Shown here: one piece after another, positions 1 to 13,300 of the stretch
Numbering within the stretch: position 1 is the first letter of the stretch
Layout of the letters: every line of letters starts with the position of its first letter
Assembly (NCBI GenBank): GCA_030264375.1
Contig: JASCQW010000122.1
Location: 22,960,517-23,024,516 of the forward strand
Reading direction: 5' to 3'
DNA length: 64,000 nt
Source of the DNA: Carcharhinus longimanus
Taxonomy: Eukaryota
Program-made: the position numbers and the translations under genes
The notes under the pieces: model-generated
Told to the model about the DNA's origin: nothing
The model's database searches: none
Seen by the model: only the letters and a program-made list of their open reading frames with translations

Positions 1-9
1 CCCATTCAT

Positions 10-143
10 AATAGTGAATGTGTCTACACCAGATGAACTGCAGCGGTTCAACAAGGTGGTTCACCACCACCTTCAAGGACAATTGGGGGGTGGGCAACAA
101 ACACTGGCCTTGCCAGTGCCACCCATATCCCACAAAATAATAC
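10..143 (+). mobile_element. 3' tail of a CR1-group LINE (same family as 42525-46450)
   Basis: actgcagcggttcaacaaggtggttcaccaccaccttc...ctggccttgccagtgccacccatatccca plus A-rich end. The same tail recurs at ~62690-62777 (+) and ~42525-42650, ~56300-56480 (-). Confidence 0.75.
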
Positions 144-212
144 AACTTTTTAAAACTCACATTCCTTCTTGAAGTCACTCCTTAAACCCACTCAAAATGA
201 CAAATAAGTTAA

Positions 213-582
213 ATGCGGGCAAATGGAATTTAATGTTGGCAAGCGCGAGGTGGTCCACTTTGGTAGGAATAATGTTACTTACGTGGCGAAAAACTGCAGC
301 AGGCAACGGTGCAGAGGGACCTCGGGGTCCTTGCGCATGAGTCGCAAAAACCCAGCCTGCAGGTGCAGCAGGTGGTCAGGAAGGCGAATGGGATGCTGGC
401 CTTCATAGCGANNNNNNNNNNNNNNNNNNNNNNNNNNNNNNNNNNNNNNNNNNNNNNNNNNNNNNNNNNNNNNNNNNNNNNNNNNNNNNNNNNNNNNNNN
501 NNNNNNNNNNNCTTATTGAATGGCGGGGCAGGCTCGAAGGGCTAGATGGCCTACTCCTGCTCCTATTTCTTATGTTCTTATG
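213..582 (+). mobile_element. 5'-truncated young CR1 LINE (RT C-terminus and 3' UTR; middle in gap)
   Basis: MEFNVGKREVVHFGRNN and QRDLGVLAHESQK...QVQQVVRKANGMLAFIA are CR1 ORF2 motifs. 3' end gatggcctactcctgctcctatttcttatgttcttatg. Confidence 0.92.
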
Positions 583-617
583 TTTCCCACCACATTCAAT
601 GCAGTAAACAATGAGCA

Positions 618-983
618 CAATTTGTCAACCTTGTGGTTCTAACTTAACTGATAGCCCAGCTCTCTGCAGCATGTGTCAAATGCTGTTTTAGAATGTTGCT
701 GTGAGGCATCTTGCAATGATGCGGTGCCTTAACGGCACTCTGCAAATTGTTGTTGTTGATTGGCTGCCTAATTTGCTGGATGACATTGCTATTTCTGGAT
801 GCCCAGAGATCCCCCTTGACTCAGTGCCACTAAATTCAGATGGACATTCAGAAAGGGGAAACCCACACCAAAGGAATCGCTGGATCCTTGTGGCCAGTCT
901 ACTCTAAGGTCAGCAGCAAATGGTGACATTTTCCAGGGGACCCTGGGCTACCCTTTAAGTTAGAACTCAAGGTTGACAAATTG
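618..983. repeat. ~30-bp inverted repeat pair enclosing ~307 bp (possible MITE or inverted duplication)
   Basis: 618-647 caatttgtcaaccttgtggttctaacttaa versus reverse complement of 955-983 caatttgtcaaccttgagttctaacttaa. Confidence 0.7.
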
Positions 984-2610
984 TCTACTGTTTTGGTTGC
1001 ACCAGAAATATGTAAGTATATTTATTTGTTATTTCTAACATTCTCTGCACTTGCAAGGAACAGATTTTAAACATCCCAACCATGAGATTTTCAATTCCCC
1101 ACAAGAATCAACCTCCAGCTAAAGAACATAAAGTGTGTGAATGTGTGAACTAAGGCCTAATGAATCAACACTGTATGTACGAGCTTTTCAACTTGCCCGC
1201 TGATCCACTTATAGTACTGAGCCCAGTCCCGTTCAGCAGCATTGCAATTCAAAAGCTGAACTGTAGCGTTAGGGTCGATGCTTATAAGGCCAGTTTGAAT
1301 GCCTTGTAGCCATCGCTTACCAATGGCAACATGCAATACAATAAAATATAGGTTGAAGAGATTTGCTGCTCCATCATTGGGTTAGCTTCAGGTGATCAAA
1401 TGAATTAATTTCTGCCTGGTTGTTTTAATTTGCCCAGCAGAAAACTACCACATCTTTCTCTGAAAGCTCATTAATAAGCCTCAATATGCAAATAAACCAA
1501 CTTTACTCTCTTTTGGGAGGTGCAAAATATAGATGCATATAAACTATTTGAAGTACTACTAACTTAACACTATGGTTACTAGCTCTTTAGGTTCTGAATC
1601 CAGATTTAGTTCTACTTTCAAGCCTGTCTCTCCCCAAACCCCCCACCGACAATTCCGCGAGTTCCTTTATCTTGAAAAATCGCTTTCCATGGCAAACAGG
1701 TTAGGTTTTAATTGTAATTAACCCAAGTTTGTTTGATTTGCATTTACTTCAGGGTTGTTTCCACAAATACTCAATCAGACTTCCCATTTATTTTACATTT
1801 AACACTTTAATCTCCAACCTAAATCTTGTATTCCTAAAACTAAACATTGTGCTATNNNNNNNNNNNNNNNNNNNNNNNNNNNNNNNNNNNNNNNNNNNNN
1901 NNNNNNNNNNNNNNNNNNNNNNNNNNNNNNNNNNNNNNNNNNNNNNNNNNNNNNNNNNNNNNNNNNNNNNNNNNNNNNNNNNNNNNNNNNNNNNNNNNNN
2001 NNNNNNNNNNNNNNNNNNNNNNNNNNNNNNNNNNNNNNNNNNNNNNNNNNNNNNNNNNNNNNNNNNNNNNNNNNNNNNNNNNNNNNNNNNNNNNNNNNNN
2101 NNNNNNNNNNNNNNNNNNNNNNNNNNNNNNNNNNNNNNNNNNNNNNNNNNNNNNNNNNNNNNNNNNNNNNNNNNNNNNNNNNNNNNNNNNNNNNNNNNNN
2201 NNNNNNNNNNNNNNNNNNNNNNNNNNNNNNNNNNNNNNNNNNNNNNNNNNNNNNNNNNNNNNNNNNNNNNNNNNNNNNNNNNNNNNNNNNNNNNNNNNNN
2301 NNNNNNNNNNNNNNNNNNNNNNNNNNNNNNNNNNNNNNNNNNNNNNNNNNNNNNNNNNNNNNNNNNNNNNNNNNNNNNNNNNNNNNNNNNNNNNNNNNNN
2401 NNNNNNNNNNNNNNNNNNNNNNNNNNNNNNNNNNNNNNNNNNNNNNNNNNNNNNNNNNNNNNNNNNNNNNNNNNNNNNNNNNNNNNNNNNNNNNNNNNNN
2501 NNNNNNNNNNNNNNNNNNNNNNNNNNNNNNNNNNNNNNNNNNNNNNNNNNNNNNNNNNNNNNNNNNNNNNNNNNNNNNNNNNNNNNNNNNNNNNNNNNNN
2601 NNNNNNNNNN

Positions 2611-2686
2611 GAGAGTGAGACAGAGAGTGAGACAGAGAGTGAGACAGAGAGTGAGACAGAGAGTGAGACAGAGAGTGAGACAGAGA
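2611..2686 (+). repeat. (GAGAGTGAGACA)n 12-mer tandem repeat running into a gap
   Basis: About six perfect units directly after the 1856-2610 N-run. Confidence 0.95.
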
Positions 2687-2689
2687 GCA

Positions 2690-4730
2690 GCCATTGTTGC
2701 ATGCGCAATCCAAACAGCAGGCATGTGCACATGCTGAGTACATGGTGCCAGACTGCAGGCACGCATGAGGGTGCCACAGACAAAAGCACACATGCGAGGC
2801 ATCAGACAAGCATGCCCACGAGGCGTCACAGACGAGAGCGAAACAGCGTGCACGAGAGTGCCACAGAGCGAGAGAGCGTGCACGAGGATGCCAAAAAGCA
2901 GGACGGTGTCCGAGCATGAGAGCACGCACAAGGGTGCCAGAGAGCGCGAGCGTGCCAAGGAGCAGGAGCATATGGGAGAGTGAGCGAGAACACAAGCGTC
3001 AGGGAGTGAGAGGGAGTGAGCGAGTATGCCCAAGAGCAGGCACGTGCGCGAGTCAGAAAGCAGGCGTCACTGCGCGGGTGAGCCAGAGAGCAGGCGCTCA
3101 CACACTGAGGGTGCAACAGATAAGAGTAAGTCTGCACGAGGTGATACAGATGAGTGTGCATGCCTGCAGGGTGCCACAGGCGAGAGCATGCGTGCACGCA
3201 TAGCCACAGATGAGAACGTGTGCAAACTGCCACAGACAACAGCATGCACACACGTGCGAGGTACCACAGACAAGGGTGTGTGCGTGAGCTGCCACATATG
3301 AGTGCGCACGCCTGCAGTGCCAGAGATCACAGCACGCGTGCGAGTTGCTGGAGACGAGAGCGTGTGCGCAAGGGTGCCACAGAACGAGGTAGAGCGTGTG
3401 CGAGGGTGCCACTAAGCAAAGGAGCACCAAGGGTACCACGGAGCGCGCAAGTGAGCGTGCTCTCGCACACAAGGGTGCCACAGAATGAGCGAGAGAGAGA
3501 GGGAGAGAGAGAGAGAGAGAGAATGCTCACGTGCGAGGGTGCCACAGATCAAGAGAGAGAGAACGTGCAAAGGTACCAGGGAGAGAGCGAGGGTACAACA
3601 GAGTACGAGAGGGTGCCACGGAGTGACAGTAAGACAGCACCATCGTGCATGAGGATGCTACAGAGCGAGCAAGAGAGGGAGCGAGAGAAAATGCACACCA
3701 GGCCACAGAACGAGCAGGAGGGCGCGTGAGGGTGCCACAGAATGAGCGAGACACAAAATGCGCACTCACGCACGAGGGTGCCACAGAACGAGTGAGAGAG
3801 CGCGCTCACGCACGAGGGTACCACAGAACGAAAGAGAGAGAGCGCACTCGCGTACAACAGTGCCACAGAACGAGCGAGAGAGAGCGTGCACTCCTGCGCG
3901 AGGGTGCCACAGAACAAGTGAGAGAGCGCGAGCATTCACGGACAAGGGTGCAGAGACACAGAGGGCGCAAGCGAGCGCTCACATGCGAGGGTGCCACAGA
4001 ACAAGCGAGAGAGCGCGCTCGCACGCAAGGATGTCACAGAACGAGTGCGTGCACAAGGGTGCCCCAGAACGAGCAAGAGACCACGCGAGGGTACCACAGA
4101 ACGAGAGCGCGCTCACGCGTGAGGGTGCCACAGAACAAGCCAAGAGAGAGGGTGCTTGCGCACAAGGGGTGCCACAGAACGAGCAAGAGAGAGAGACAGA
4201 GAGCACTCGCACGCGAGGGTGCCACAGAACGGGCAAGAGAGAGCATGCTCACACGCAAGTGTGCCACAGAACGAGAGAGTGCGCTCATGTGCGAGGGTGC
4301 CATAGAATGACCAAGACCACGTGAGGGTGCCACAAAATGAGCAAGAGATTGCAGGAACGAGCGAGAGACCGCACGAGAAAGAGCAGGTGAAGGTGCCACA
4401 GAATGACAGATCGTGCGCTCGTGCATGAGGGTACCAGAAAAAGAAAACGCGCACGCTCGGGTGCCACAGAACAAGCAAGAGCCCACGTGAGGATGCCACA
4501 GAACGAACAAGAGCGTGCTCACATGCCAGGGTGCCACAGGACGAGCAAGAGAGCGCACTCACACGCGAGGGGGCCATAGAACGAGGATTCGCGCGCGAAG
4601 GTGCTACAGAACAAGCTTGAGTGCGCGCGAGGGTGCCACAGAACGAGCGGGTGAGTGCACTCATGCGTGAGGGTGCCACAGAACAAACGAGTGTACTGGC
4701 ACACGAGGGTGCCACAAAATGAGACAAAGC
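2690..4730 (+). repeat. Diverged CpG-rich minisatellite, ~40-bp unit, roughly 50 copies, core GAGGGTGCCACAGAACGAG
   Basis: Core recurs about every 35-45 bp (e.g. ~3774, 3814, 3900, 3988, 4122, 4215), linked by GA/GC/CA dinucleotide-rich variable segments. Source of the many overlapping spurious ORFs. Confidence 0.93.
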
Positions 4731-5310
4731 ACCCGAGCCAGCAGAGTGAGGCGCACACGGGTGCCACTGACCCAGCCGCTGCAGGCACAAGCGTGCACAC
4801 CAGGGCACCAGCGGAAGTGGGGAGCGATCACACACGCCAGGGGGAGCGGGGTGGGAGCGCACACAATAGAGTACCAGTGGGGAGCGGGGCGCAGGGCGCG
4901 CATGCACCAGGGGGAGAGAGGCACGACACCAGGGTGGGGAGTGCACACGCCAGAGCGCCACTGAGCCAGGGGGAGTGGGGAGTGGGGCGTGACACCGGGG
5001 AAGCGGGAAGCGGACACGCCAGGCGCCACTGAGCCAACAGGAGCAGGGTGCGGGGCGGGTGTGCCAGGACACCGAGCAAGCACGTGCATGCAAGCCAGAG
5101 GGAGAATGTACATACGAACCAGAGCAAAAGCACACACCAGAGAGAATGCTCGTGCGAGAATGTGTGCACGTGCGAGAGTGAGAGAGACAGACAGCATGTG
5201 TGTGAACGTATGTAAGCAGTGTGAGAGGGAGTGTGAGAGACTAAGAGTGTGCGAGTGAGATTGTGCAAGCGCATATGAGAGGGAGAGGGAGAGGGAGTGA
5301 GAAAGAGTAA
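4731..5310 (+). repeat. G-rich degenerate repeat (cacacgccagggggag...gggg) grading into a decayed GA/GT microsatellite
   Basis: Repeated cacac(g)ccaggg / gtggggag motifs at 4790-5070, and GA/GT-rich tract at ~5130-5310. Confidence 0.75.
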
Positions 5311-5798
5311 GATTGCATCTGATCGTGTTAACAAGAATGTGAATGTTGGATATGAGAATTCAGCTCTCCTAAAATTTGACAGCGGAAGAGACAGCATCAC
5401 GCCTCCCATTAAAATAAAAATCACAAAAACTTAAGACTTAAATACTTTAATGGAAACAGGTTGAACTAAGCAATCAGATATTCGGAACAATATGCTTCAA
5501 CAACTTTGTACTCCAATTTTAAAATTCCAAAAACAAATATAAAATGCAAAGCACACAAGTTCCATGCAATCCATAGTGAAAATGATACTAATAAACGTAA
5601 CAAAGTGCACCAGCTCAAAACAAACTTCTGCACTAAACCATTTAATTAGCTTTCCAAATTTTGTCTCAGGGGATTTGGGGCTGGTAGGAGGAGCTTACCT
5701 GACAACAGGCAACGGACAAATTTTAAGATGGGAATTCGTTAAGGCGGAGATTGAGCAGAAGTGTAAGTAACATGACTGTAGCAACCAAACTTTGGATT

Positions 5799-5985
5799 TA
5801 GACCATAAGACATAGGAGCAGAATAAGGCCACTTGGTCCATCGAGTCTGCTCCATCATTCAATCATGGCTGATATTTTTCTCATCCAGTCTTCTGCCTTT
5901 CCCCCATAACCCCTGATCCCCTTATTCATCTAGAACCTATCTATCTCTGTCTTAAAGAAACTCAATGACCTGGCCACCACAGATT
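5799..5985 (-). mobile_element. CR1 LINE 3' fragment
   Basis: Plus accataagacataggagcagaataaggcc...tctgctccatcattcaatcatggctgat is the reverse of a CR1 3' UTR with its terminal short repeat. Confidence 0.85.
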
Positions 5986-7226
5986 CAGGGATTCTACTTC
6001 CTGCACTCGTATCAGCATCTACGTTTCTGACATGTGCACAGAAAAGACACTGTTCTAGAAAATCAAATACTACGAAGCCCATAATTTGTGTCTTCTTAGT
6101 TTATGTATTATTATATGGTGGATCAGTTGAGTAGATTGCCCGTTGAACTCTTATATAAATTCATTCAGATTCACCATGCATTGTGAGCACTAAAATTATT
6201 TATTCAATGTTAGAAAATGTTATAGATAATTAGGTTCACAAACACAATTCCACCCTTATTACTTCATGTTATTTTAATCCAACATTTTCCCCGTCTCTTC
6301 CTCTTCCCCATTCCAGACTCCGGTAGTTAACCTGCTCTACATCCCCTGATGACAGACTACAATCAGCAAAAAGAGGTTGTTCTCAGATTTCAAATCACAG
6401 TGCCAAGTGGTTTGCATCAATCTGTCCCTCCCTCGACTGGGTGGAGTGAGGGACCACAAGAAATAATTCACAAGCCAACGGCTGATCACAGTGTTTTAAA
6501 AAAAACCATCTAGGATGAATACTATGAAAAAGAACTATAAAGGCACAATACATTAATTTGGCCAAATTGGTGCAATGATCAAGGCCCACAGGAAAAACTA
6601 TGCAATTTGAACGGTGATTTCTGGAAAACATTTCTGTGGGAAAGCTTTATTTTTATTTGGAGCTGAGTAAGCAGTTCAGACACTCAAAGCATGGCATTGA
6701 TTTTATTTTTTAAACATTTCTTGCCAGGATTCTAAGCATTTCATTTTTCACAAGTAATTCCATGCATACCTTATGCATAATTTAAAAAGAATACAAAGAA
6801 TAGGTGCAAATACCATCAGCTAGTACCCAAATGAAAACTGTGCACGTGTGAAGCCTGGCCAATAGCACTCTCCCATTTACAAATCAACTGACTATGGAAG
6901 CAGCAGGAACAATACCTGGCGCGAACTGATGTTTGAAAAAGTTCACCTTTCCATCAGAAAGTCATTCATTGCTGGCAACATGACACATGGAACATTCTGG
7001 CATGGAATGTACAACATTTAAATTCAATTACATTGTTGATGTGTATTACTGTAAATACATAGAAGACAAATAACAATCAACGTCATTTCGTTCGGGTGCA
7101 GACATGGATCTCCCCTAATGCCTTCTGAGTAAAGGAAAATTCAGAACATTTGCATCTGAATTGTACTCTGATCCCAGAAGTGTGCAGCATTATCAGTGAA
7201 GTGTTTCTTGTTCCCCCTTTACCTAC

Positions 7227-7359
7227 CTGTTTTGGGGTCCACATCTGCTGGTAAGTGTGGTGGAGGGTTACCTGGTGTGAAGTGTTCATTGCTGTATGTT
7301 ATCAGTGGCGTTAACGGGTGGACGTGATGGGGATGTTGCACAACGGGTACTTTGTTAGA
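7227..7359 (-). CDS. TCF7L2: Internal coding exon of transcription factor 7-like 2 (equivalent of mammalian exon 6; context-dependent regulatory region upstream of the HMG box)
   Basis: Minus strand reads ...ctttcttttggcag|TCT AAC AAA GTA...CCC AAA ACA G|gtaggt. Length 133 bp, phase 0 in, phase 1 out. Translation [44 protein letters not shown](G) matches the TCF7L2 peptide as I know it; HHVHP and [18 protein letters not shown] distinguish it from TCF7L1, LEF1 and TCF7. Missed by the ORF track, which lists another frame. Confidence 0.97.
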
Positions 7360-7395
7360 CTGCCAAAAGAAAGACAGGAAAGGAGTGAGTTAGAC
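7360..7395 (-). promoter_or_regulatory. TCF7L2: 3' splice acceptor, polypyrimidine tract and branch point of the TCF7L2 exon
   Basis: Minus strand gtCTAACtcactcctttcctgtctttcttttggCAG. CTAAC branch motif (plus gttag, 7389-7393) lies about 30 nt upstream of the AG. Confidence 0.9.
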
Positions 7396-10300
7396 AACAG
7401 CAACCAATCGATGAACCATAACTTAAGACAAATGGCATCGAGTTGAAGGGGGCCTCCAACAGGGGACACTTGAACATATTAAGTGTTGTCAAAAATCAGA
7501 GGTGTGCATTAGATGATGAATGGTTCCCAGTCAGATTTTATTTTGATATATGTCATCTCTCTTCTGCTATCAATTTAAAAGAATTGTAACAAAAGAGAGT
7601 GATTTGAATCACTCTGCACTAAAGCAACCATATCTGTTACAATTTATCAATCAGGTTTTTGTTACTTAGCAAATATCCACATTTCATCAAGTCAACACCC
7701 AAAAGAAAACTCCATTAGAAATGAACCATCTCACAGTTGTCCAAAAAAAAAACTCATCCAAGGGAAGAGAAATGGTGAAAAATACAAAACTCTTTGGGTT
7801 GTAACAAAAAACAGCTGTCATCACCTTAGGGGCTTTGCTTTTACCTGGTATATTTAGCTCAGTTTATGAATTTTCAGGAACAGAAATATTATTTAAGCCT
7901 TTTGTCCATTTTATTGACTCCAATTGAACTTGCCCACAAAACTCTGTAACCATTACAGTCCAAAAGACCAATCACAAGGGCAAGGAACAATTTTTATAAA
8001 AGCCTATTTTGATTAACATCAACATAAAATAACCACAGTAACCAAAGATACTTGGGTCATTGTGCAACAATAAGCCTTTACAATAAATTAGATCCAACAC
8101 ACTATTTGTTTATGGGGATGTGGGTTGACAAAGCCAGCATTCAGCTCCTATCCCCAAGTTATCGTATTGTGAATTTAAATATAGATATAAAAATGGGCCT
8201 TTAACCACGAGTTTGAGGAAATATTTTCACATGTCTTGAGAATAATTTTTTTAAAAAAACTATTTATGTCATCTGCTTTATTCAACTAGTATCATATATG
8301 TGCACAAAGGAAAGTGAGTACATGATTTAAATTCAATCTTCGTTAACTAGCTGAGGTAAAAAACAGTAAACCAGATGGAAGATTCATACGAAAGTAAAAA
8401 CCTGAAAACATCCAATCTCAACTCATTCTGATTTTTTATTGTGCCCCATCACCCATCCCTTATGTGGACCCACCAGTGACATCTAGCAACAGTAGATCAG
8501 TACTGCATTTTTCTTTTAAAAATTAAAAAAAGTTTATCCAAAAAAGTAACAGAGAATATTTTTGAACTTGTAAAACCATATTGGTATTAAGTTTCTTCTG
8601 GTTCAATTTTGCGCAAAGTGCGCAAAAGCTACTTTTTGCAGTTACTCGCAGGAATGTGCACATTTTTGAAAAATCACAATTGACGTGCAGGGTTCACAGG
8701 GTTAATACCGTTACTACTTAGACTTTTAGTATCACTGTAAACCAAAAGGCAGTCATAAACAAGCAGGAGAACCTTTAAGAAAAACAGATCTGCTTCTCAT
8801 CGAAGCAAATGAGAAGTAAAACCTTGAACTTTAGCACAAAGATTTCATCATGATGCTACAGGGCATTTTCAGCTGTGGAGTCTGCAGCTGCTTGCACTTT
8901 GCGTGAAGGCTCTGTCTACTGGCATCATAAGTCTCCTGCAAGTTTATGCTTCATAAAGAATTTGCTGTAGAATCCTGAGAGCAAACAGCAGGAGGCTACA
9001 GCTAGTTATTTACTGTCTACAGTCTCTCCTGTTTCTAATTGGCGCCTGCTACTGTCGTAATGAGTTTATATGAGGCATGGACAATATATAGATCATGATT
9101 CAGTTTATTCCCCTTCATAAATGATTTGAAAGTCCCATCCCATCATCAACAACAAACTAATTTCAATTGTAATGAAACATTTATTAACAAAAAAAAACAA
9201 TTAGGGCCCAATACAATCTGACTTCCATCCGTCATATTTTAGAGATTTCTTTGATCCTGCACTGCATTCCCTTCAAAATCTATTTATTTGGTTAATATTT
9301 CAACCAGGTTAGTGAAGAAGAGCATTAATTTAACATGCATTAACACACAGGAAAACAGTGGTTAGAATATTACCTCCTTTGCAAAGAACACAGATCTGAT
9401 ACAGCCGCAAGAACATTTCCAAAGAAAGTATGCACAGAGCCGTTCAGCTCTCTCAGCTGTATCTGGACTTGACCTACTGCAACCTTTGAACTACACCCTC
9501 GCTGATTAATCAGGAACTGATCCAACTCTCTATTTAATACCTTGCCAAGGTTTAAGATTAACTTCAACTCTTGCCCCATTTTGAGCATGTAAATAACAGG
9601 CCTAGTTACACGTTTTGCATAAAATAGTTCTCCACATCCACCTCAATCACTTGCACTATTTTAAGTGCTTGCACATTATTTTGTTCCAGCCTTCTATTCT
9701 GATAGAAATTAAGCTTTAACCGCCATTCATGGCAATGTGGGCTTAAAAATGAAATCATATAATATTTTCCCCCACACCCTATTTTTTGTTAATCCACAGT
9801 GCTCGGACCTGTACACAACAGCAGTTACTCCTTCTCCATTGGCTGCAAGGGGCCAGATGAGTTGTGCAAGTCTCAATCCAATTTTGTTAGGCACAATTCT
9901 AAGGCACCAAACTACCCAAATGTGGCACTAAATAATCAGTTTTATTCAGAAAAGCCAGAAGAATACTTGCAAGTAGGTAACTTTGCTAATTTTGGATTTT
10001 TGAGGCTTTCCAGGATATGGTCAATGCTTTGTCTGGACTAAGATCATTTGACACAAGGGGCTCAAATATCATCCAAAAGAGGAACACAATATTCACCAAA
10101 AATGTAAATTAAGTAACTTTCTGGATGAATAGTTGAAAACTAAATAATAAACTAGTAAAAACAGCAACTAACTCATTTTCAGATAATTAGTAGAAAGAGA
10201 GAAGAAAAAACTGAGAAACACAAGGGCGGGGGGAAGTGGGAGAGGGAGGGTAGAAAATAAAAAAAGAATAAAAGGAACACTTCACGCTCCACAAAAAAAT

Positions 10301-13300
10301 GTATTTGCATGGATTCATGCATACAAACTAAATCAATATTGTTTACTGAGACTCAGCTTAATGCACAAAACATGGCAGACCAGTAATTTCATCCAAATTT
10401 ATTTTGCATCGCGCGACACTGCAGTCCAGTTTGTCCAGTGTTCCCAAATTGATTGAATTCAGATACCCTATAAAACTCATTAGGGTAATAAAGCAAATCA
10501 GGTGCTACAAAAAAATCTGTAGAGCATACCGAATATAATATAAAAAGTAGTTACCATCCATAAGACAATGCAACTCTTCAGATTAAATCAGAGGTTAAGC
10601 ATGAAAAATGGCAATAAAAAGGACCGAGAAAGTAAAAGTTGCTTGATCATAAATACCACAAAGTGGGGGAATAAATTAGGCCTAGCCCAAATTCTATATA
10701 TTCATTTTAAAAATCACAAGTCAGTGTTAGTGTATTTCAAGAAAGTACATTTATCAGATAACTATCATCTATTAAGATAGTAATGGAGGAAGACTTTATT
10801 CAACTCAGGAACTTCTCATTTACCAATCTGGTGGCTGTTTATTTTGTTTTAATGTACGTGATGTATTTAATTCATAAAAATATAAGAAGAATTTCCAAGT
10901 AGTAGATCTGATTTCCTTTTTTTTAAAAAAACTTTCACATCTGATTTTCAAGCCAAGTGAAAATGTTGAAGAACAAGTCTATGGGGCAACTCTTCAATGT
11001 CAATGATTAGCATGGATTTTAAACCAAATCTGACTTCCAATAACATGCAAAGGGGAAAAATACTCTTTAGGCTGAAGAAGCCTAAAATATGCACAGTCCA
11101 AATGACCAAGATTCAGCACTTAGTAACTGCAGCGATGTTAATTCAGCTCTCAGGCACAATTTCTAACCTGGTGATCGGTATCTACATTCAAGTACTAACG
11201 AGCATGGAACGTTCACACCCTAAATCGCACATCAGCAACTGAATTCAGTTAAAAACTATGCAGTCCACTTTTGTTCTGAACTAAAAGCAACTTATGTAAA
11301 TAGGTAATAGTGTTGCATGGGGCGGTGGGGGGGGGGGGGCAAAAAGTGTAATTATACTGTACAAATACAATTTTTTATTTTGTGAATACTCCCCAATTCC
11401 TAAAGTTTTCCATTGTTCCTTGAGGGACACCACCCAAGAAAATGATGAATGCATTTGACTTAGCTGCTTATGCACTTAAGATTTTTAAAAAAAGCATCAA
11501 TAAAATATATCAGCTTCATACATAGTTCATTTGTTCATCATTGTTATTATGAGTTCTTTCTAATACAACATACTTGTAAAGTGGAGAATAGAGAGAAATA
11601 ATCATATTCTAGTTTATTTCATTAAGGGTGAGTAATTATTTCCAGAATAGGTGAAGGAGTGTGGGGTGGGTATTATTTTAAAACAAAATGCCTCTTAGAA
11701 CATATTTAGCAGTTTTTAACTTATGTGGCAGATGCAGTGATTTTTCATTAACTTCACCTGTTAAAAATATGCATTACAAAAGAGATGTATGATAAAAATC
11801 AGAGATATAAAACTACAATCACTTATAGACAGAACCATACTGCCGCACTATCAATGAACGTGACTTCTACTGGGGATTAGGGATCACCTTCTGTGATGCT
11901 GTCCGTTCCTCCTGTGAAAAACACAAACCTGTGGCCTTGTATGCATGACACACCTGCACGGGCGCAAGTATAAAATGCATGACTTTGTGCCAGATTTTAC
12001 AGCCCTGCTTCCAATAACCAGCAACAACCCCCGCACCCCCCCCCTCAAAAAAAACACCTTCCCAATTGGCAATCTTAAGCATTTTTATCCCTCTGGTAGA
12101 ATTTTCATCCTTAATTACAGTAGCCATCAGTGGGAAATTATATCAAATAATCTTGTCACTTTGCTCTTTTTAAAAGTGTGTTATTTGGGATTACATGAAG
12201 GAAAGAGGATGTTAGAATATGAAGCTGCTGCCAAGGGAGGAAATGAAGGAAATGCCTGTAGGAAGTGGGACTGTCCATCAAACAGTGGCAGTGGGCAGGC
12301 TGTGAAGGGAAACCCCTCCTCTTGGATCATTGCACAACACTTTACCCAGGAAACTCTAGAATCAACCTCTGACCTTTCAAGCGTACTTAAGCATCACATT
12401 CCAAATAAGCTGCAGTGGGAGATATTTCACTAGGGTGGACCCTACACAGTATTCACAATCAGGAATGTGGCAGTCAAAGATTGATTGAACACTCATACTC
12501 CCTCCCCGCATTTTTTTAAAAAAATGGTAACCCGAGAGAAATGAAAGCTTGCCGTTCACCTCTGATGTCATTAATCAAGAGGCAGGCAAAACAAACTCGA
12601 GCGGCTGTGACCGTCTTTCTAGCCAGTCCCTTCTACTGAATGCACCCCTATTGCGTTCATTGCAGTTCTGTGCAGCTGAAGAAAGATTGGGTCTGAAAAG
12701 TGCATTTGTGCTCAAAGTACAATAAAACAAAAGCAGCTACACAAGGGGGCTTGTCAGGCTGCCTTCCCGAGGCTAATTCTGGCAAGTCCAATGCTTTGCT
12801 TAAATTACTAGCCCTGAGCTTGGCTGTACCCAGACATGGCTTACTGTTCCAAAGTTACTAATCTTAATGGTCTGCAACACTACATTCTCTCATTCTGAAA
12901 GTCTGCTCTCTATTAACTCCCTAATTGCTGGTCAATTATGCCCAACTGCATTTTTTCTTAAAAAAAGAGTTTTTTTAAAAATAAAAGAGCTATTGACAGT
13001 TAAATTTTGCAACTCTCCCCACAATGATAACTTTCCATTAACAGAAGTTGATGGATTTCCTAAAGGACAAAATTTAAATACATACTTTCATTCAACTTTT
13101 CCTTCACATTCTCACCCACCGAAAAGAAATCCTTCACACCTGAGTAAGCATTTTCTTTCAAATCTACTTTTCCTATTCTTATTTATACAGTGGTCTGCGC
13201 CCTTTTCACAGTATTATACAGCTCATTTCTGGCCAAGGTCTTGCCCTTTTGTTAACTGGCCATTGTTCCCAGGGACAAGGCCTTCATTGACTAGTAAAAC

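Noticed and set aside
2690-4730. CRISPR-like repeat-spacer array
   Set aside because: The linkers are related low-complexity variants rather than unique spacers, the core is not palindromic, there are no cas genes, and the context is a vertebrate intron.
1729-5424. Long overlapping ORFs (up to ~400 aa) in all frames
   Set aside because: They arise from N-runs and from a stop-poor tandem repeat. The translations are repetitive with no domain.
7083-7289. ORF-track peptide [11 protein letters not shown]...
   Set aside because: Wrong frame across the real TCF7L2 exon, and it runs through the splice donor.
9370-9588. ORF with a donor-like GAG|GTAATA near 9373
   Set aside because: The donor would be phase 2 in this ORF, incompatible with the phase-0 acceptor, and there is no recognisable homology.
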